64,000 nt of DNA from Minisyncoccia bacterium (GTDB taxonomy: Bacteria; Patescibacteriota; Minisyncoccia; Phycocordibacterales; Phycocordibacteraceae): positions 39,842-103,841 of the forward strand of contig JBEKII010000003.1 in assembly GCA_050011835.1 (NCBI GenBank), in the 5' to 3' direction. The position numbers and the translations under genes were made by a program. Positions 9,591 through 19,385 of the stretch are shown here, piece after piece. Positions within the stretch are counted from its first letter, which is position 1. Every line of letters begins with the position of its first letter. The notes beneath the pieces are model-generated. The model had not been told where the DNA came from and made no database searches. It was given only the letters and a program-made list of their open reading frames with translations.

Positions 9591-10612
9591 AATTACTAAT
9601 TGTCACGCAGGTAGTTGATCAAACCCATTCTAATATGGCGCTCATACACCGGTGGATAGGGGAATTCGCCAAACACTGCGAGCAGGTCTCGGTCATATGT
9701 CTCTACGAAGGTGAACATTCCTTACCCAAAAACGTACACGTCTATTCACTTGGTAAGGAGCGCGGTCGTCTTCCGCGATTTCGCTACGCATTACGTTTTT
9801 GGAACTATCTTTGGAAACTCAGACATGAATACGATACGGTGTTTGTGCACATGAATCCTGAGTATATTCTACTTGGAGGTTTCATATGGCGAATGTCTGG
9901 CAGAAAAATTGCACTCTGGTACACGCACAAGAGCGTCGATCTAAAATTGCGTATCGGAACTTTCTTGGCGAATGTTATTTTTTCCGCTTCACGCGAGAGT
10001 TTCAGACTCCCCACGAAAAAACTCCGCATTATGGGACACGGGATTGATACCGAACTATTTGCTCCCCAGGCACTTCATATAGAGGATCTCAATATCATAA
10101 CGGTGAGCCGCATCACCAAATCAAAACGTCTTATTGAAATGCTCTTCGCGCTCGATGTGCTATATACCCGAGGTATCCCATTTCAGTTCTCTATCATTGG
10201 CGCGCCGATTTTCGAACATGATAAAGCATATGAAAAGGAGATACAGCGCGAAATTGCTCGCAGACCATATGCAAGCGATGTTCATTTCATTGGCATGGTG
10301 CCGTACCGGGAATTGCCGAATGCTCTTGGTCGCGGGTCTGTTTTCATCAATCTGAGTAAAACAGGCAGTATTGACCGCGCGGTCCTTGAAGCGATGTCCA
10401 TTGGCCTTGCGCCGGTAACCTCGAATGAAGCATTTCGCGAGATGCTCACACCTTTTGGATTGTATGTGAAGGAGGACAGTCCTAAGTGTATTGCCGATAC
10501 GCTGGTGCATGCTAAAAACGTTGATCGCGCGGAACTTTCTCGGTATGTTAGAGAATACCATTCGCTTCAGCGTCTTATTCCCGCGATGTTTGATATCATG
10601 CGAGCACCATGA
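9587..10612 (+). CDS. Glycosyltransferase family 4
   Basis: GHGID, SRITKSK, GSIDRAVLEAMSIG. Confidence 0.9.
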   Translation: MKLLIVTQVVDQTHSNMALIHRWIGEFAKHCEQVSVICLYEGEHSLPKNVHVYSLGKERGRLPRFRYALRFWNYLWKLRHEYDTVFVHMNPEYILLGGFIWRMSGRKIALWYTHKSVDLKLRIGTFLANVIFSASRESFRLPTKKLRIMGHGIDTELFAPQALHIEDLNIITVSRITKSKRLIEMLFALDVLYTRGIPFQFSIIGAPIFEHDKAYEKEIQREIARRPYASDVHFIGMVPYRELPNALGRGSVFINLSKTGSIDRAVLEAMSIGLAPVTSNEAFREMLTPFGLYVKEDSPKCIADTLVHAKNVDRAELSRYVREYHSLQRLIPAMFDIMRAP

Positions 10613-11643
10613 GTCGGGTGGTATTTCTTTTCCCCAGTTCTCGAGACGAGATTGTGTCTAGAGTGCAGGCAGGACAGGACGCGGATACTGCACTACGCGG
10701 TTTAAACTATATTCCTGACGCCACATACTCCACCGCTCCCTCAAGATTTTTACAATCTTTGCCGTTTGTATCACGTCTTCTTCAGTATGATTTTATCGTT
10801 GCTCAAGACAACTTACTTCTTGGATATGCGGTGTCCGTTTGCGCCCGTTTATTTCAGTTGAAGACACGATGGATATACGTGGCAATGAATTCATCGGTGC
10901 TCATGCGGCGCCATGCTGTTCATCCGGTTCGTCTACTTCTCCTTAAAAAGTTTTGGGCAAGTTACTCCCGCATCATCTGTCTTTCTTCCGAACAGCGTGA
11001 AGATTTTATACGGCTTGGCATTGCGCGCGAGCGTCTCGCGTTTATACCGTTCGGTGTGGATGCACATTTCTTTCAACCAACTGATGTATCTCATGAAGAA
11101 AATCTCATTGTAAGCGTTGGCCGTGATGCGGGTCGCGATTACCGAACGCTTTTTCAGGCAGCGGAGCGCACCGACCACCCATTTGTTGTCGTCGCTACGC
11201 ACAAAAACATTCCGCCTGGTCTGTCGGTTCCTGCAAATGTCTCGGTACTCTATGACCGAAGTTTTACTGAAATTCGGGATTTATATCAGCGCGCACGGTT
11301 GGTCGTTATCGCGTCAAAAGATGTTTATTTGTTAGAAGGGTCGGATTGCTCGGGTCAGACCGTAATCTTGGACGCTCTCGCGGCACGCAAGGCAGTTATT
11401 GCAACATACCGTTCGTGGATCGCTGATTATTTTATTCCCGGCGAAGACCTTGTGGTTGTTGAACCGGGCGATCCTGAATCTCTCGCACAGGCAATCAATT
11501 CGCTTTGGAATGACGTTGAAAAACGTAAATGCTTAGCGGCGTCTGGTCACGCGAAGGTGGTCGCGCGCTACACAACAAAAAACTTCGCCGAAGCTCTGCT
11601 TAAATTAATGGATTCTGTTGTCGCACAAAATCGAATTTCATAA
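10609..11643 (+). CDS. Glycosyltransferase family 4-like
   Basis: IPFGVD, GRDY, SGQTVILDALAARKAVI. Confidence 0.85.
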   Translation: MSRVVFLFPSSRDEIVSRVQAGQDADTALRGLNYIPDATYSTAPSRFLQSLPFVSRLLQYDFIVAQDNLLLGYAVSVCARLFQLKTRWIYVAMNSSVLMRRHAVHPVRLLLLKKFWASYSRIICLSSEQREDFIRLGIARERLAFIPFGVDAHFFQPTDVSHEENLIVSVGRDAGRDYRTLFQAAERTDHPFVVVATHKNIPPGLSVPANVSVLYDRSFTEIRDLYQRARLVVIASKDVYLLEGSDCSGQTVILDALAARKAVIATYRSWIADYFIPGEDLVVVEPGDPESLAQAINSLWNDVEKRKCLAASGHAKVVARYTTKNFAEALLKLMDSVVAQNRIS

Positions 11644-11770
11644 GTTACGGGGTTCTCCTCGCAGGTATCCCTAACGAGTTGGCACAAGCGTTAACGATTT
11701 TAATAAGTAACTGCGCGGGTTTCCGAACAATTCTGGCGAGGAAAATCTGAAGCAGAATTCCCTCACATAG

Positions 11771-12038
11771 TGACCTGGACCCCGTATCTTAGACACATGG
11801 TCGAAATTAATAGCACACTAACCACATGAACAACAAAGGACACAAAGTCTCAGCGGACGTGAAGTCGGATATCATCCGCAGAATCAGAGAGGAGGGAGTA
11901 CCTGTGGCACAGGCGGCCAAGGAGCACGGCCTGCACGAGTCCACCATATACCTATGGCTCGGTACCGGAGCGCAGGGAGCACCAACCTTCTCAGAGTTCG
12001 CTCGCATCCGCTTTCGGTATTCTCAAGAATTGAAGTGA
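11771..12038 (+). mobile_element. IS3-family remnant: left inverted repeat plus truncated OrfA (11826-12038)
   Basis: TGACCTGGACCCCGTATCTTAGACACA resembles an IS3-type end; HTH VAQAAKEHGLHESTIYLW; no OrfB or right IR. Confidence 0.7.
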
Positions 12039-12051
12039 ATTCGAATGTCAG

Positions 12052-12090
12052 GGCCGTTAGCCGATCAATCGGCTAACGGCCTTGTTTTTT
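12052..12090 (+). terminator. Rho-independent terminator
   Basis: Perfect 14-bp IR ggccgttagccgat-ca-atcggctaacggcc followed by ttgtttttt. Confidence 0.8.
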
Positions 12091-12110
12091 CTGTTGCACC
12101 AAATTGGAGA

Positions 12111-12857
12111 TTAACGAGGCATTTTCTTGAAATCTCCGCGACTAAAATATCGCTCAATAAGGCAATATAAAAGTATAAACAAATATCGGCTACCCATTTC
12201 CTTGATTTTGAGTTTTGAGGCCCCGCTCTTGCGATTGCGCCACGAATTGGGAAGCACGGTATACGTATACCCGCGTACGATGGTCTTCAGCGGCAGTTCG
12301 AGCGTGAGGTTGAAGTGGGGTGCGAGAAACGGGCGCAACCCATCAAGCGCCTCTCGTTTATAAAGTTTGAACGCATTTGTGCAATCGTTATAGCGGATTT
12401 GAAAGAGCAGACGTACGAGCGTGTTAGCAAAACGGTTGAGTAGTAATTTGTGTCGGGGATATCCATACGTTGTGCCTCCTGGTATGAAACGGCTACCGAA
12501 CACGCAATCAACTCCGGTCTCCTGTGCTACGCGATAATATCGCACAAGATCCTCCGGGTCGTCTGAAAGGTCGGCCATCATCATAGCGATATACATTCCA
12601 TGTGCCGCGTTGATACCGCTCACAATTGTTCTGCCGTATCCGGGCGGCTGTTCGTTATGTACGATGCGCAATTGCGGTATACATTGCGCGAGTCCCGTTA
12701 GTATCGTCGCCGTAGTATCTGCTGAATGGTCATTTACTACAATGACTTCAAATGAAATATGTTCTCGTACAAGCACGGTCGCTACCGATTCTACGGTCTC
12801 GCGGATGGACCCTTCTTCGTTATGGGCAGGGATGACGACGCTAAGCGCTGTTTGCAT
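12111..12857 (-). CDS. GT2 polyprenol-phosphate glycosyltransferase (DPM1/GtrB-like)
   Basis: SVVIPAHNEE, VNDHSAD, MADLSDDP, GSRF, DCTNAFKLY. Confidence 0.9.
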   Translation of the reverse strand: MQTALSVVIPAHNEEGSIRETVESVATVLVREHISFEVIVVNDHSADTTATILTGLAQCIPQLRIVHNEQPPGYGRTIVSGINAAHGMYIAMMMADLSDDPEDLVRYYRVAQETGVDCVFGSRFIPGGTTYGYPRHKLLLNRFANTLVRLLFQIRYNDCTNAFKLYKREALDGLRPFLAPHFNLTLELPLKTIVRGYTYTVLPNSWRNRKSGASKLKIKEMGSRYLFILLYCLIERYFSRGDFKKMPR

Positions 12858-12903
12858 GCTAGGACTCTAGTATAAACCTGTGTTAGCATAATCGCGACAT
12901 GGT

Positions 12904-13956
12904 ATGGCGAAAGTAGTCCTGATTACGGGTTCTGCGGGACTGATCGGCTCGGAATCGGCCCGTTTTTTTGCTGGGAAAAGGTACCAAATAGTTGGCGTGG
13001 ACAATGACATGCGCAAGTATTATTTTGGCGAAGGCGCAAGCACACAGTGGAACCGAAAACAGCTCGCGAAAGAACTTGGAGCACGGTACCGACACTATGC
13101 TGCGGATATACGAGATCGCGAGCGAATTGAAAGGATCGTTAAAAAATATTCGCCCGATATCGTCATCCACACAGCTGCCCAACCGAGTCACGATTGGGCC
13201 GCGAAAGAGCCGCACACGGATTTTACTGTTAATGCTCTCGGTACGCTCGTGTTGCTTGAAAGCGTCCGGCAATTCGCACCGAGAGCAACGTTCATTTTCA
13301 CCTCAACAAATAAAGTGTACGGCGACCAACCGAACCACCTGCCGCTCATCGAAACCGACACAAGGTGGGAGATCGAACCAAGCCATGCTTTTTACCAAGG
13401 CATCGATGAGTCGATGAGCATCGACCAAACGCTTCACAGTGTTTTTGGAGCTTCCAAAGTTGCCGCCGATGTGATGGTGCAGGAATATGGAAAATATTTC
13501 GGACTAAAGACAGGTGTATTTCGAGGCGGATGTCTTACCGGCCCGAACCACAGTGGCGCGCAACTCCACGGTTTTCTTTCTTATCTGGTGAAGTGTATTG
13601 CTACGGGAGCTCCTTATACTATTTTGGGCTATAAGGGGAAACAGGTACGGGATAATATCCACGCGAGCGATCTTGTGAATATGTTTTGGCATTTCCACCA
13701 AAATCCGCGATCGGGCGAGGTGTATAACGCCGGCGGAGGGCGGCAAGCGAACATCTCTATGCTTGAGGCGATCGCAAAGGTAGAAAAACTCACCGGCAAA
13801 AAAGCGGACATCGTGTATAACGATACACCGCGCGTTGGAGATCATATCTGGTATATTTCCGATCTTAGAAAGTTCAAATCGCACTATCCGAAATGGAATA
13901 TTGTCTACGATATAGATGCGACATTGCGGGACCTGTGCGCACACGTGCGTTCCTAG
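12904..13956 (+). CDS. NAD-dependent epimerase/dehydratase, CDP-paratose 2-epimerase-like
   Basis: [31 protein letters not shown]. Confidence 0.85.
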   Translation: MAKVVLITGSAGLIGSESARFFAGKRYQIVGVDNDMRKYYFGEGASTQWNRKQLAKELGARYRHYAADIRDRERIERIVKKYSPDIVIHTAAQPSHDWAAKEPHTDFTVNALGTLVLLESVRQFAPRATFIFTSTNKVYGDQPNHLPLIETDTRWEIEPSHAFYQGIDESMSIDQTLHSVFGASKVAADVMVQEYGKYFGLKTGVFRGGCLTGPNHSGAQLHGFLSYLVKCIATGAPYTILGYKGKQVRDNIHASDLVNMFWHFHQNPRSGEVYNAGGGRQANISMLEAIAKVEKLTGKKADIVYNDTPRVGDHIWYISDLRKFKSHYPKWNIVYDIDATLRDLCAHVRS

Positions 13957-13967
13957 CCATATTCTCC

Positions 13968-15044
13968 ATGAAATATCAACATATACTTGTAACAGGCGGA
14001 TGCGGATTCGTCGGTTCTTCTCTCGCATTGCGGCTAAAAGAAAAATTTCCCCAAAGTAGTATTACCGTTGTCGATAATCTTGTACGCAAAGGTTCCGAAC
14101 TTAATAAAGTTCGTTTGCTTAGGGCAGGTGTCGAGTGTCGAGATGGTGACGTGCGATATGCCGAAACGTTCAAACCTCTCGGTTCGGTTGATTTGATTAT
14201 CGATTGTGCCGCAGAGCCGTCGGTGTTGGCGGGGAAAGACGGCTCGCCTCTTTATGTACTTGAAACAAACTTGTGGGGAACGATACATATGCTCGAACTT
14301 GCTCGGCGCACCAATGCGGCTGTGATGTTTCTTTCAACGAGCCGGGTGTATCCGATTCGCGAATTGAATGCGATTAACGTGATCGAAACCGATACGCGAT
14401 TTAGAATAGCTCCTGATCAAATAATGTCGGGCATCACAGAGCGTGGCATAAACGAAGCATTTCCGATGGGTACGGAGCGGACGCTGTATGGCGCTACCAA
14501 ACTTGCTTCAGAAATGTTTATCACGGAATACGCGCTTCTCTATGGCATACGCGCCATCATTAACAGATGTGGAGTTATTGCGGGGCCGTGGCAGTTCGGT
14601 AAGGTTGACCAAGGTATCGCGGTACTTTGGATGGCGCGGCATATATTCCCAAACAAAAAGCTCGCATATGTCGGATGGGGGGGAAAGGGGAAACAGGTAC
14701 GGGATTTTCTTCATCCCGACGACCTATTTAATGCGCTTGCCTATCAGTTGGAGCATTTTGGTGTTCTCGCAGGAAGCGTGTTTAATCTCGGCGGCGGAAC
14801 AGAACGAAGCGTATCGCTTCTTGAACTTACGCGGATATGCGAAAAGATAAGTGGCCGGAGCATCGGCATCGGCTCGATGTCGGAGACCCGCTGGGGAGAT
14901 GTAAAACTCTACATTTCCGACAATGTGCGCTTCGAAAAACTTTCAGGTTGGAGGCCGAAGCGCGACATTGAAACCATCATGGGCGATATTCACGAATGGC
15001 TCATCACTAATAAGGACATGCTGGCGCCCATCTTCGCTACATAA
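13968..15044 (+). CDS. NAD-dependent epimerase/dehydratase, CDP-paratose 2-epimerase-like (second paralogue)
   Basis: VTGGCGFVG, AAEPSV, YGATK, GKQVRD. Confidence 0.85.
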   Translation: MKYQHILVTGGCGFVGSSLALRLKEKFPQSSITVVDNLVRKGSELNKVRLLRAGVECRDGDVRYAETFKPLGSVDLIIDCAAEPSVLAGKDGSPLYVLETNLWGTIHMLELARRTNAAVMFLSTSRVYPIRELNAINVIETDTRFRIAPDQIMSGITERGINEAFPMGTERTLYGATKLASEMFITEYALLYGIRAIINRCGVIAGPWQFGKVDQGIAVLWMARHIFPNKKLAYVGWGGKGKQVRDFLHPDDLFNALAYQLEHFGVLAGSVFNLGGGTERSVSLLELTRICEKISGRSIGIGSMSETRWGDVKLYISDNVRFEKLSGWRPKRDIETIMGDIHEWLITNKDMLAPIFAT

Positions 15045-15048
15045 TAAT

Positions 15049-16833
15049 ATGAGTATGACTAAAGCAAAAAGATTTTTTCAGCAGCATCGTCCCGCTGTCG
15101 TGCTCATGGTCATTATTCTCGTGCTCACTACGATTCCGGTTATTGATACGTTTCTCGTTCTCGGAAATGCCTGGCAAGGATTTCCCCCGTCCTTCGGTGA
15201 CGAGACCATGTATTTCGCGCACATGCATACCATAGCGGAAGGATATGTGAACGACGGGAATCCCTATTTTTTGGAACACCGCAATGACCCTCCGCTAGTC
15301 ATTTTCGGAGGAGCCTGGTTGAACGCAGTGCCACTTCTTGCCGGCATCCCGTTTGATGCGGCGCTGATGTTCAATTTCATCATCTGGAGTTTGGCGTTCG
15401 CCGCACTTTTCTATTGGCTGTTTCGAGAATGGAGGGTACCGCGGTGGATCGCCGTAGCCAGCACGGTGTTTCTATATCTGCAATCGTATGAGCACGTGTG
15501 GCGGGCAGTGAATCTTCAGACGGTATATCCGTTCTTTTTCTTGTTTCTCATCGCACTTACCCGTTTTCTCCGTGAACGAAGTCGCAAGAACATAGGACTG
15601 CTCGCGGCGGCGACAGCTCTTTCGTTTTACTTTTTCTCATATTTATGGCAGACGGTCGTCATCACACTCGGGATTCTGGCACTTTATGCTCTGGTAAGAA
15701 AAAATTGGAAATTGCTGAAAGCGACGCTCCTTTCGTCAATCATCGGGGGTATTATCGGTCTACCTGTACCGCTCCTCATGCTCTGGCTTTCCCGTTCTTC
15801 GCCGTATTTTTGGGAAAGTATCGGTCGTCTCGGGCTCGTGAATACGCATCTACCCATGGCCGAAGTTGTGTATTCTGGCGGATGGATCGGCGTCGCGCTC
15901 GCTTTTCTCGCACTGCTCTATTGGCGCATGCGAACACTGCGAAAGGATACGGAATTCATGTCGCTATTTCTATTCCTCGGTATAAGCGGTTTAGGCATCT
16001 GGATTATGCAAGGCAGCAACCTCATCACCGGCAAATTGCTCGAGACGGGAGAGCATATGCGGGCATTTATCGCTCCGTGGCTCGTATTCGCCACCGTGCT
16101 TCTGGGAATATATCTCTACAAGCGGCGCGCGCAGCTTACGCGAAAATGGCGATGGTTTTCGGTGATTGTCATTGCGGCGTGTTCAATTGCGAGCATTCTT
16201 TTCTTCAATCTCTACGGTCCTTTTATTAATCCAGAAACAAATAGTGAGTTCTGGTACACCGAGCAGTTATATGTCAAACCTCTCGCATGGCTTGACAAAA
16301 CAGAAAAAAATCCAGTTGTCGTGTGGAGCGACCCGGTCAACGATGAGATTACGGGCGTCCTTCCTGTGTTTACCAAACACTTTACGCTTTTTACGACCGC
16401 CGCGACATGGGAATTGGTGTCTGAAAGCGAAATTCGCGAGCGGTATCTTATTTCGCAATATTTTAACAATCCGACCGTTGACTCTCTTAAAGCCAATATG
16501 TCGGTCTATCTTGGGCGACAGGATGCGTATCATCGCGCCGCGACAATTGACCGTAGCGTAAAGATTTGTCGCACAATGTACTTTTGGGACAAAAATAAGA
16601 ATTGCGGCATACTTCTTACTCCGGCGGAATTGCTCGGCGATAAATTTTTTGCCAATCTTGAGCAAGAATTTCAAACCGATATCAAGCCAAACATAAAAAT
16701 GTATTTGAAAAAATATCACGTCTCCTACATCCTTAAAGACGATATCCTTGATCCGCAGTATCATCCTGAAAAATTGGGCGCCATGCGTGTCTACAACGAC
16801 GGCCGCTTTGAGATTTATCGGGTGCAGTATTAA
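15049..16833 (+). CDS. Polytopic membrane protein, probable GT-C fold glycosyltransferase
   Basis: About 11 hydrophobic segments, an acidic DE motif in the first outer loop (GDETMY), soluble C-terminal domain. Confidence 0.55.
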   Translation: MSMTKAKRFFQQHRPAVVLMVIILVLTTIPVIDTFLVLGNAWQGFPPSFGDETMYFAHMHTIAEGYVNDGNPYFLEHRNDPPLVIFGGAWLNAVPLLAGIPFDAALMFNFIIWSLAFAALFYWLFREWRVPRWIAVASTVFLYLQSYEHVWRAVNLQTVYPFFFLFLIALTRFLRERSRKNIGLLAAATALSFYFFSYLWQTVVITLGILALYALVRKNWKLLKATLLSSIIGGIIGLPVPLLMLWLSRSSPYFWESIGRLGLVNTHLPMAEVVYSGGWIGVALAFLALLYWRMRTLRKDTEFMSLFLFLGISGLGIWIMQGSNLITGKLLETGEHMRAFIAPWLVFATVLLGIYLYKRRAQLTRKWRWFSVIVIAACSIASILFFNLYGPFINPETNSEFWYTEQLYVKPLAWLDKTEKNPVVVWSDPVNDEITGVLPVFTKHFTLFTTAATWELVSESEIRERYLISQYFNNPTVDSLKANMSVYLGRQDAYHRAATIDRSVKICRTMYFWDKNKNCGILLTPAELLGDKFFANLEQEFQTDIKPNIKMYLKKYHVSYILKDDILDPQYHPEKLGAMRVYNDGRFEIYRVQY

Positions 16834-17306
16834 TTTTCGCGCGCGGGTAAAGAAGGGGGGATGTGTCGCCAAACGAAAAGAAGATAGAACGTATAATTCC
16901 ACGCGAATCCAAGGATGATGCCAGCTGCATAGGCAACATGGATGATGAGAACATTGCTTGTCTGATGTTCAGCTATAAATACGAATAGCCATTGCAGGAA
17001 GACGGAACCGCTCACGACGAGGTGGAAACGTATGAGGCGCGAAAGAAGCGAAAGATTATGTCGCCGATCATGGAAGACAAAACGGTTGCTGATATAGAAA
17101 TTAGTTAAGATGGCACACTCCGCGCCAATCACGACCGCAGTGCTGGGGGAAAACACATGCAGATAGATACCGAGGATTTCAAATATCGTGGTCTGCACGA
17201 TAACCGCAATGACTCCTGTCGCGAGAGAGCGCACGAGGCGCGAATTCGCTATTGTCTTACAAAACTGTGCTATCGCTTTTTGCATGAATTGCACATATCT
17301 TATCAT
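16830..17306 (-). CDS. GtrA-family lipid-linked sugar flippase
   Basis: Four TM segments, NFYISNRFVF, WNYTFYLLFVW. Confidence 0.88.
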   Translation of the reverse strand: MIRYVQFMQKAIAQFCKTIANSRLVRSLATGVIAVIVQTTIFEILGIYLHVFSPSTAVVIGAECAILTNFYISNRFVFHDRRHNLSLLSRLIRFHLVVSGSVFLQWLFVFIAEHQTSNVLIIHVAYAAGIILGFAWNYTFYLLFVWRHIPPSLPAREN

Positions 17307-17323
17307 GACGTAGAATTTAACCC

Positions 17324-18706
17324 ATGTCTTTTATACGGGCGCATAAAATAGAAATCGGGATTTTCATACTGGCTCTTGTACTTCGTTTTTTGTATCTTGA
17401 TGCGAGCATTGCGCACTATGGCGGCGTATTGACTGATGCGATACACGGAGCAGATGGATATTTCGAAGTGAGTCACAACCTCATCATTGGGCACGGGTTT
17501 ACGCAATCTCAAAGTCCACCATACATCCCGTACTCATTTCGTCCGCCTCTCTTTTTCTATTTTATCTATTGGTTCCACACTCTTTTCAATGGTTACTGGG
17601 GCGTCATTATTCTTCAAATGATACTGGGAAGCGCTCTGCCCATTATAGGGATGAAGCTTGCGTCGTATGCACTGAACTCTCGCAAACTCATCATAACCAT
17701 CGGACTGCTCCTTGCTCTTGACCCGCAAGGGATTTTATACTCAACATTTTTTTACAGCGAGATTTTGTTTATATTCCTCTTCTTTCTCTCGCTCCTCTAC
17801 CTGTTTCGGTATAGTAAAAAGAAAAATTTCTATGACCTTATTATTTCCGGAGGCGTGCTCGGGCTTGCATGCCTGACCAGACCGGCAATTGAATATCTGC
17901 CCATCATTATTGCCGCGTGTCTTCTGTGGGATGCCCGGGAATACCTGTCAAAAAAGTTTTTCTTGCACGTTGGCACATACCTTCTGGTGTTTGCCGCGGT
18001 GATTTCGCCGTGGATATATCGAAATTATGTGACATTTGGCGTTGCGGACTTGAGCCCGCAATTAGGAGTGAATTTATATGCGGTGCTTTTACCGTCGGTA
18101 CTTGCTGTTGAGCATGGCACGAGCTGGCAACAAGAATTCGCCATCTTAACGCGCGCAGGAGTACAGGGTCCCAACGTGGCCGATATCACGAAAGGTGGTG
18201 AATATACCAAACTCGCACTACCGCTTCTCTTGGCGCATCCCAAAGCGCTCGCGATTGTAGAGGCCGATACCGCCGTGAGTTTTTTCACGAGCGACGGCGT
18301 ACTTGATACGTTACGGCATATCGGGGCCTCAACGAATCTTCGCTTGGGTGAGCCGGCCCTCTTCATGCTTCTTTCTTCTCCACGCACTCTCTTTTGGTTT
18401 ATCGCGCAGGTAGCGATGACTCCGACGATTTTCGTTCTGTTCGGGCGAATATTCTGGTTCCTCGCGACGGGGATGTTTTTATATGGGGCATGGAGATATT
18501 TGCGGCGGGAACCCCGCAATCTTTCCGCGCTTATCATGATTGCGGTTGTTTTATATTTTGCCTTGACCACGACGCTTGTTTCTGGCTTTGGCATAACGTC
18601 ACGATATCGCCTGCCCGTGAATGTATTCATTCTCGTCTTCGCGGCGTATGCGGTTTCCGTGCTCATCTCCGCTCTGCGCAGGAAGCGACGGGGGGAAAAT
18701 GCGTAA
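17324..18706 (+). CDS. ArnT/PMT-like GT-C glycosyltransferase (GT39/GT83)
   Basis: ADGY, FRPPL, SEILF, LTRP, PWIYRNY, RYRLP; many TM helices. Confidence 0.82.
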   Translation: MSFIRAHKIEIGIFILALVLRFLYLDASIAHYGGVLTDAIHGADGYFEVSHNLIIGHGFTQSQSPPYIPYSFRPPLFFYFIYWFHTLFNGYWGVIILQMILGSALPIIGMKLASYALNSRKLIITIGLLLALDPQGILYSTFFYSEILFIFLFFLSLLYLFRYSKKKNFYDLIISGGVLGLACLTRPAIEYLPIIIAACLLWDAREYLSKKFFLHVGTYLLVFAAVISPWIYRNYVTFGVADLSPQLGVNLYAVLLPSVLAVEHGTSWQQEFAILTRAGVQGPNVADITKGGEYTKLALPLLLAHPKALAIVEADTAVSFFTSDGVLDTLRHIGASTNLRLGEPALFMLLSSPRTLFWFIAQVAMTPTIFVLFGRIFWFLATGMFLYGAWRYLRREPRNLSALIMIAVVLYFALTTTLVSGFGITSRYRLPVNVFILVFAAYAVSVLISALRRKRRGENA

Positions 18707-19385
18707 ACTTTCCATCATCATCCCGTGCTATAACGAATCGCGCACAATTGAGGAAATAGTGCGGCGCGTTATTGGTGCGCCCCTGCGGGGCTGGGAACGA
18801 GAAATAATTGTCGTTGATGACGGCTCAACAGATGGCACTCGGAAAATTCTTCAGGTCTTTGGTGCGCCCATAACGTGTATCTTTCAAGAAAAAAATGGTG
18901 GGAAGGGAACTGCGGTACATACCGGTCTCAAGCAGGTGCGCGGGGACTATGTACTCATTCAAGACGCTGACCTCGAATACGATCCAAACGAAATACAGAA
19001 GCTCCTCGCTGTCATCGATAAAGGCGAGGCAGATGTCGTTCATGGTTCGCGTACGCTCATTCGCCAAAAGAAAGAAGGACCGGTAACCTTGCGTCTGGGC
19101 GTATGGTTCCTCACACAAATGGTTAATATACTTTATGGCCTTACGCTGACCGACATATGCACATGCTATAAGCTCTTCCCGCGCGAAGCGGGAGAGGCAT
19201 TTGCCCCCGGAGGATTTGTGTCGGACATACTATTCACCCCCGCTCTGGCTCGCCGCGGGTATCGTTTCGCAGAGGTTCCTATTTCCCATCATCCGCGTTC
19301 GGTCGCGGAAGGGAAAAAGGTTCGTTACCGAGATGGATTTCGTGCGATCGTGGCCGTTGCTACAGACTGGTTCCGCAATCTATGA
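18699..19385 (+). CDS. GT2 glycosyltransferase (DPM1-like)
   Basis: SIIIPCYNE, VDDGSTDGT, NGGKG, QDADLEYDP. Confidence 0.92.
   Translation: MRKLSIIIPCYNESRTIEEIVRRVIGAPLRGWEREIIVVDDGSTDGTRKILQVFGAPITCIFQEKNGGKGTAVHTGLKQVRGDYVLIQDADLEYDPNEIQKLLAVIDKGEADVVHGSRTLIRQKKEGPVTLRLGVWFLTQMVNILYGLTLTDICTCYKLFPREAGEAFAPGGFVSDILFTPALARRGYRFAEVPISHHPRSVAEGKKVRYRDGFRAIVAVATDWFRNL

Noticed and set aside
14677-14683. Phase-variable homopolymer (G7; also A8-9 runs at ~3635 and ~31219)
   Set aside because: The runs are short, in frame and explained by Gly/Lys codons
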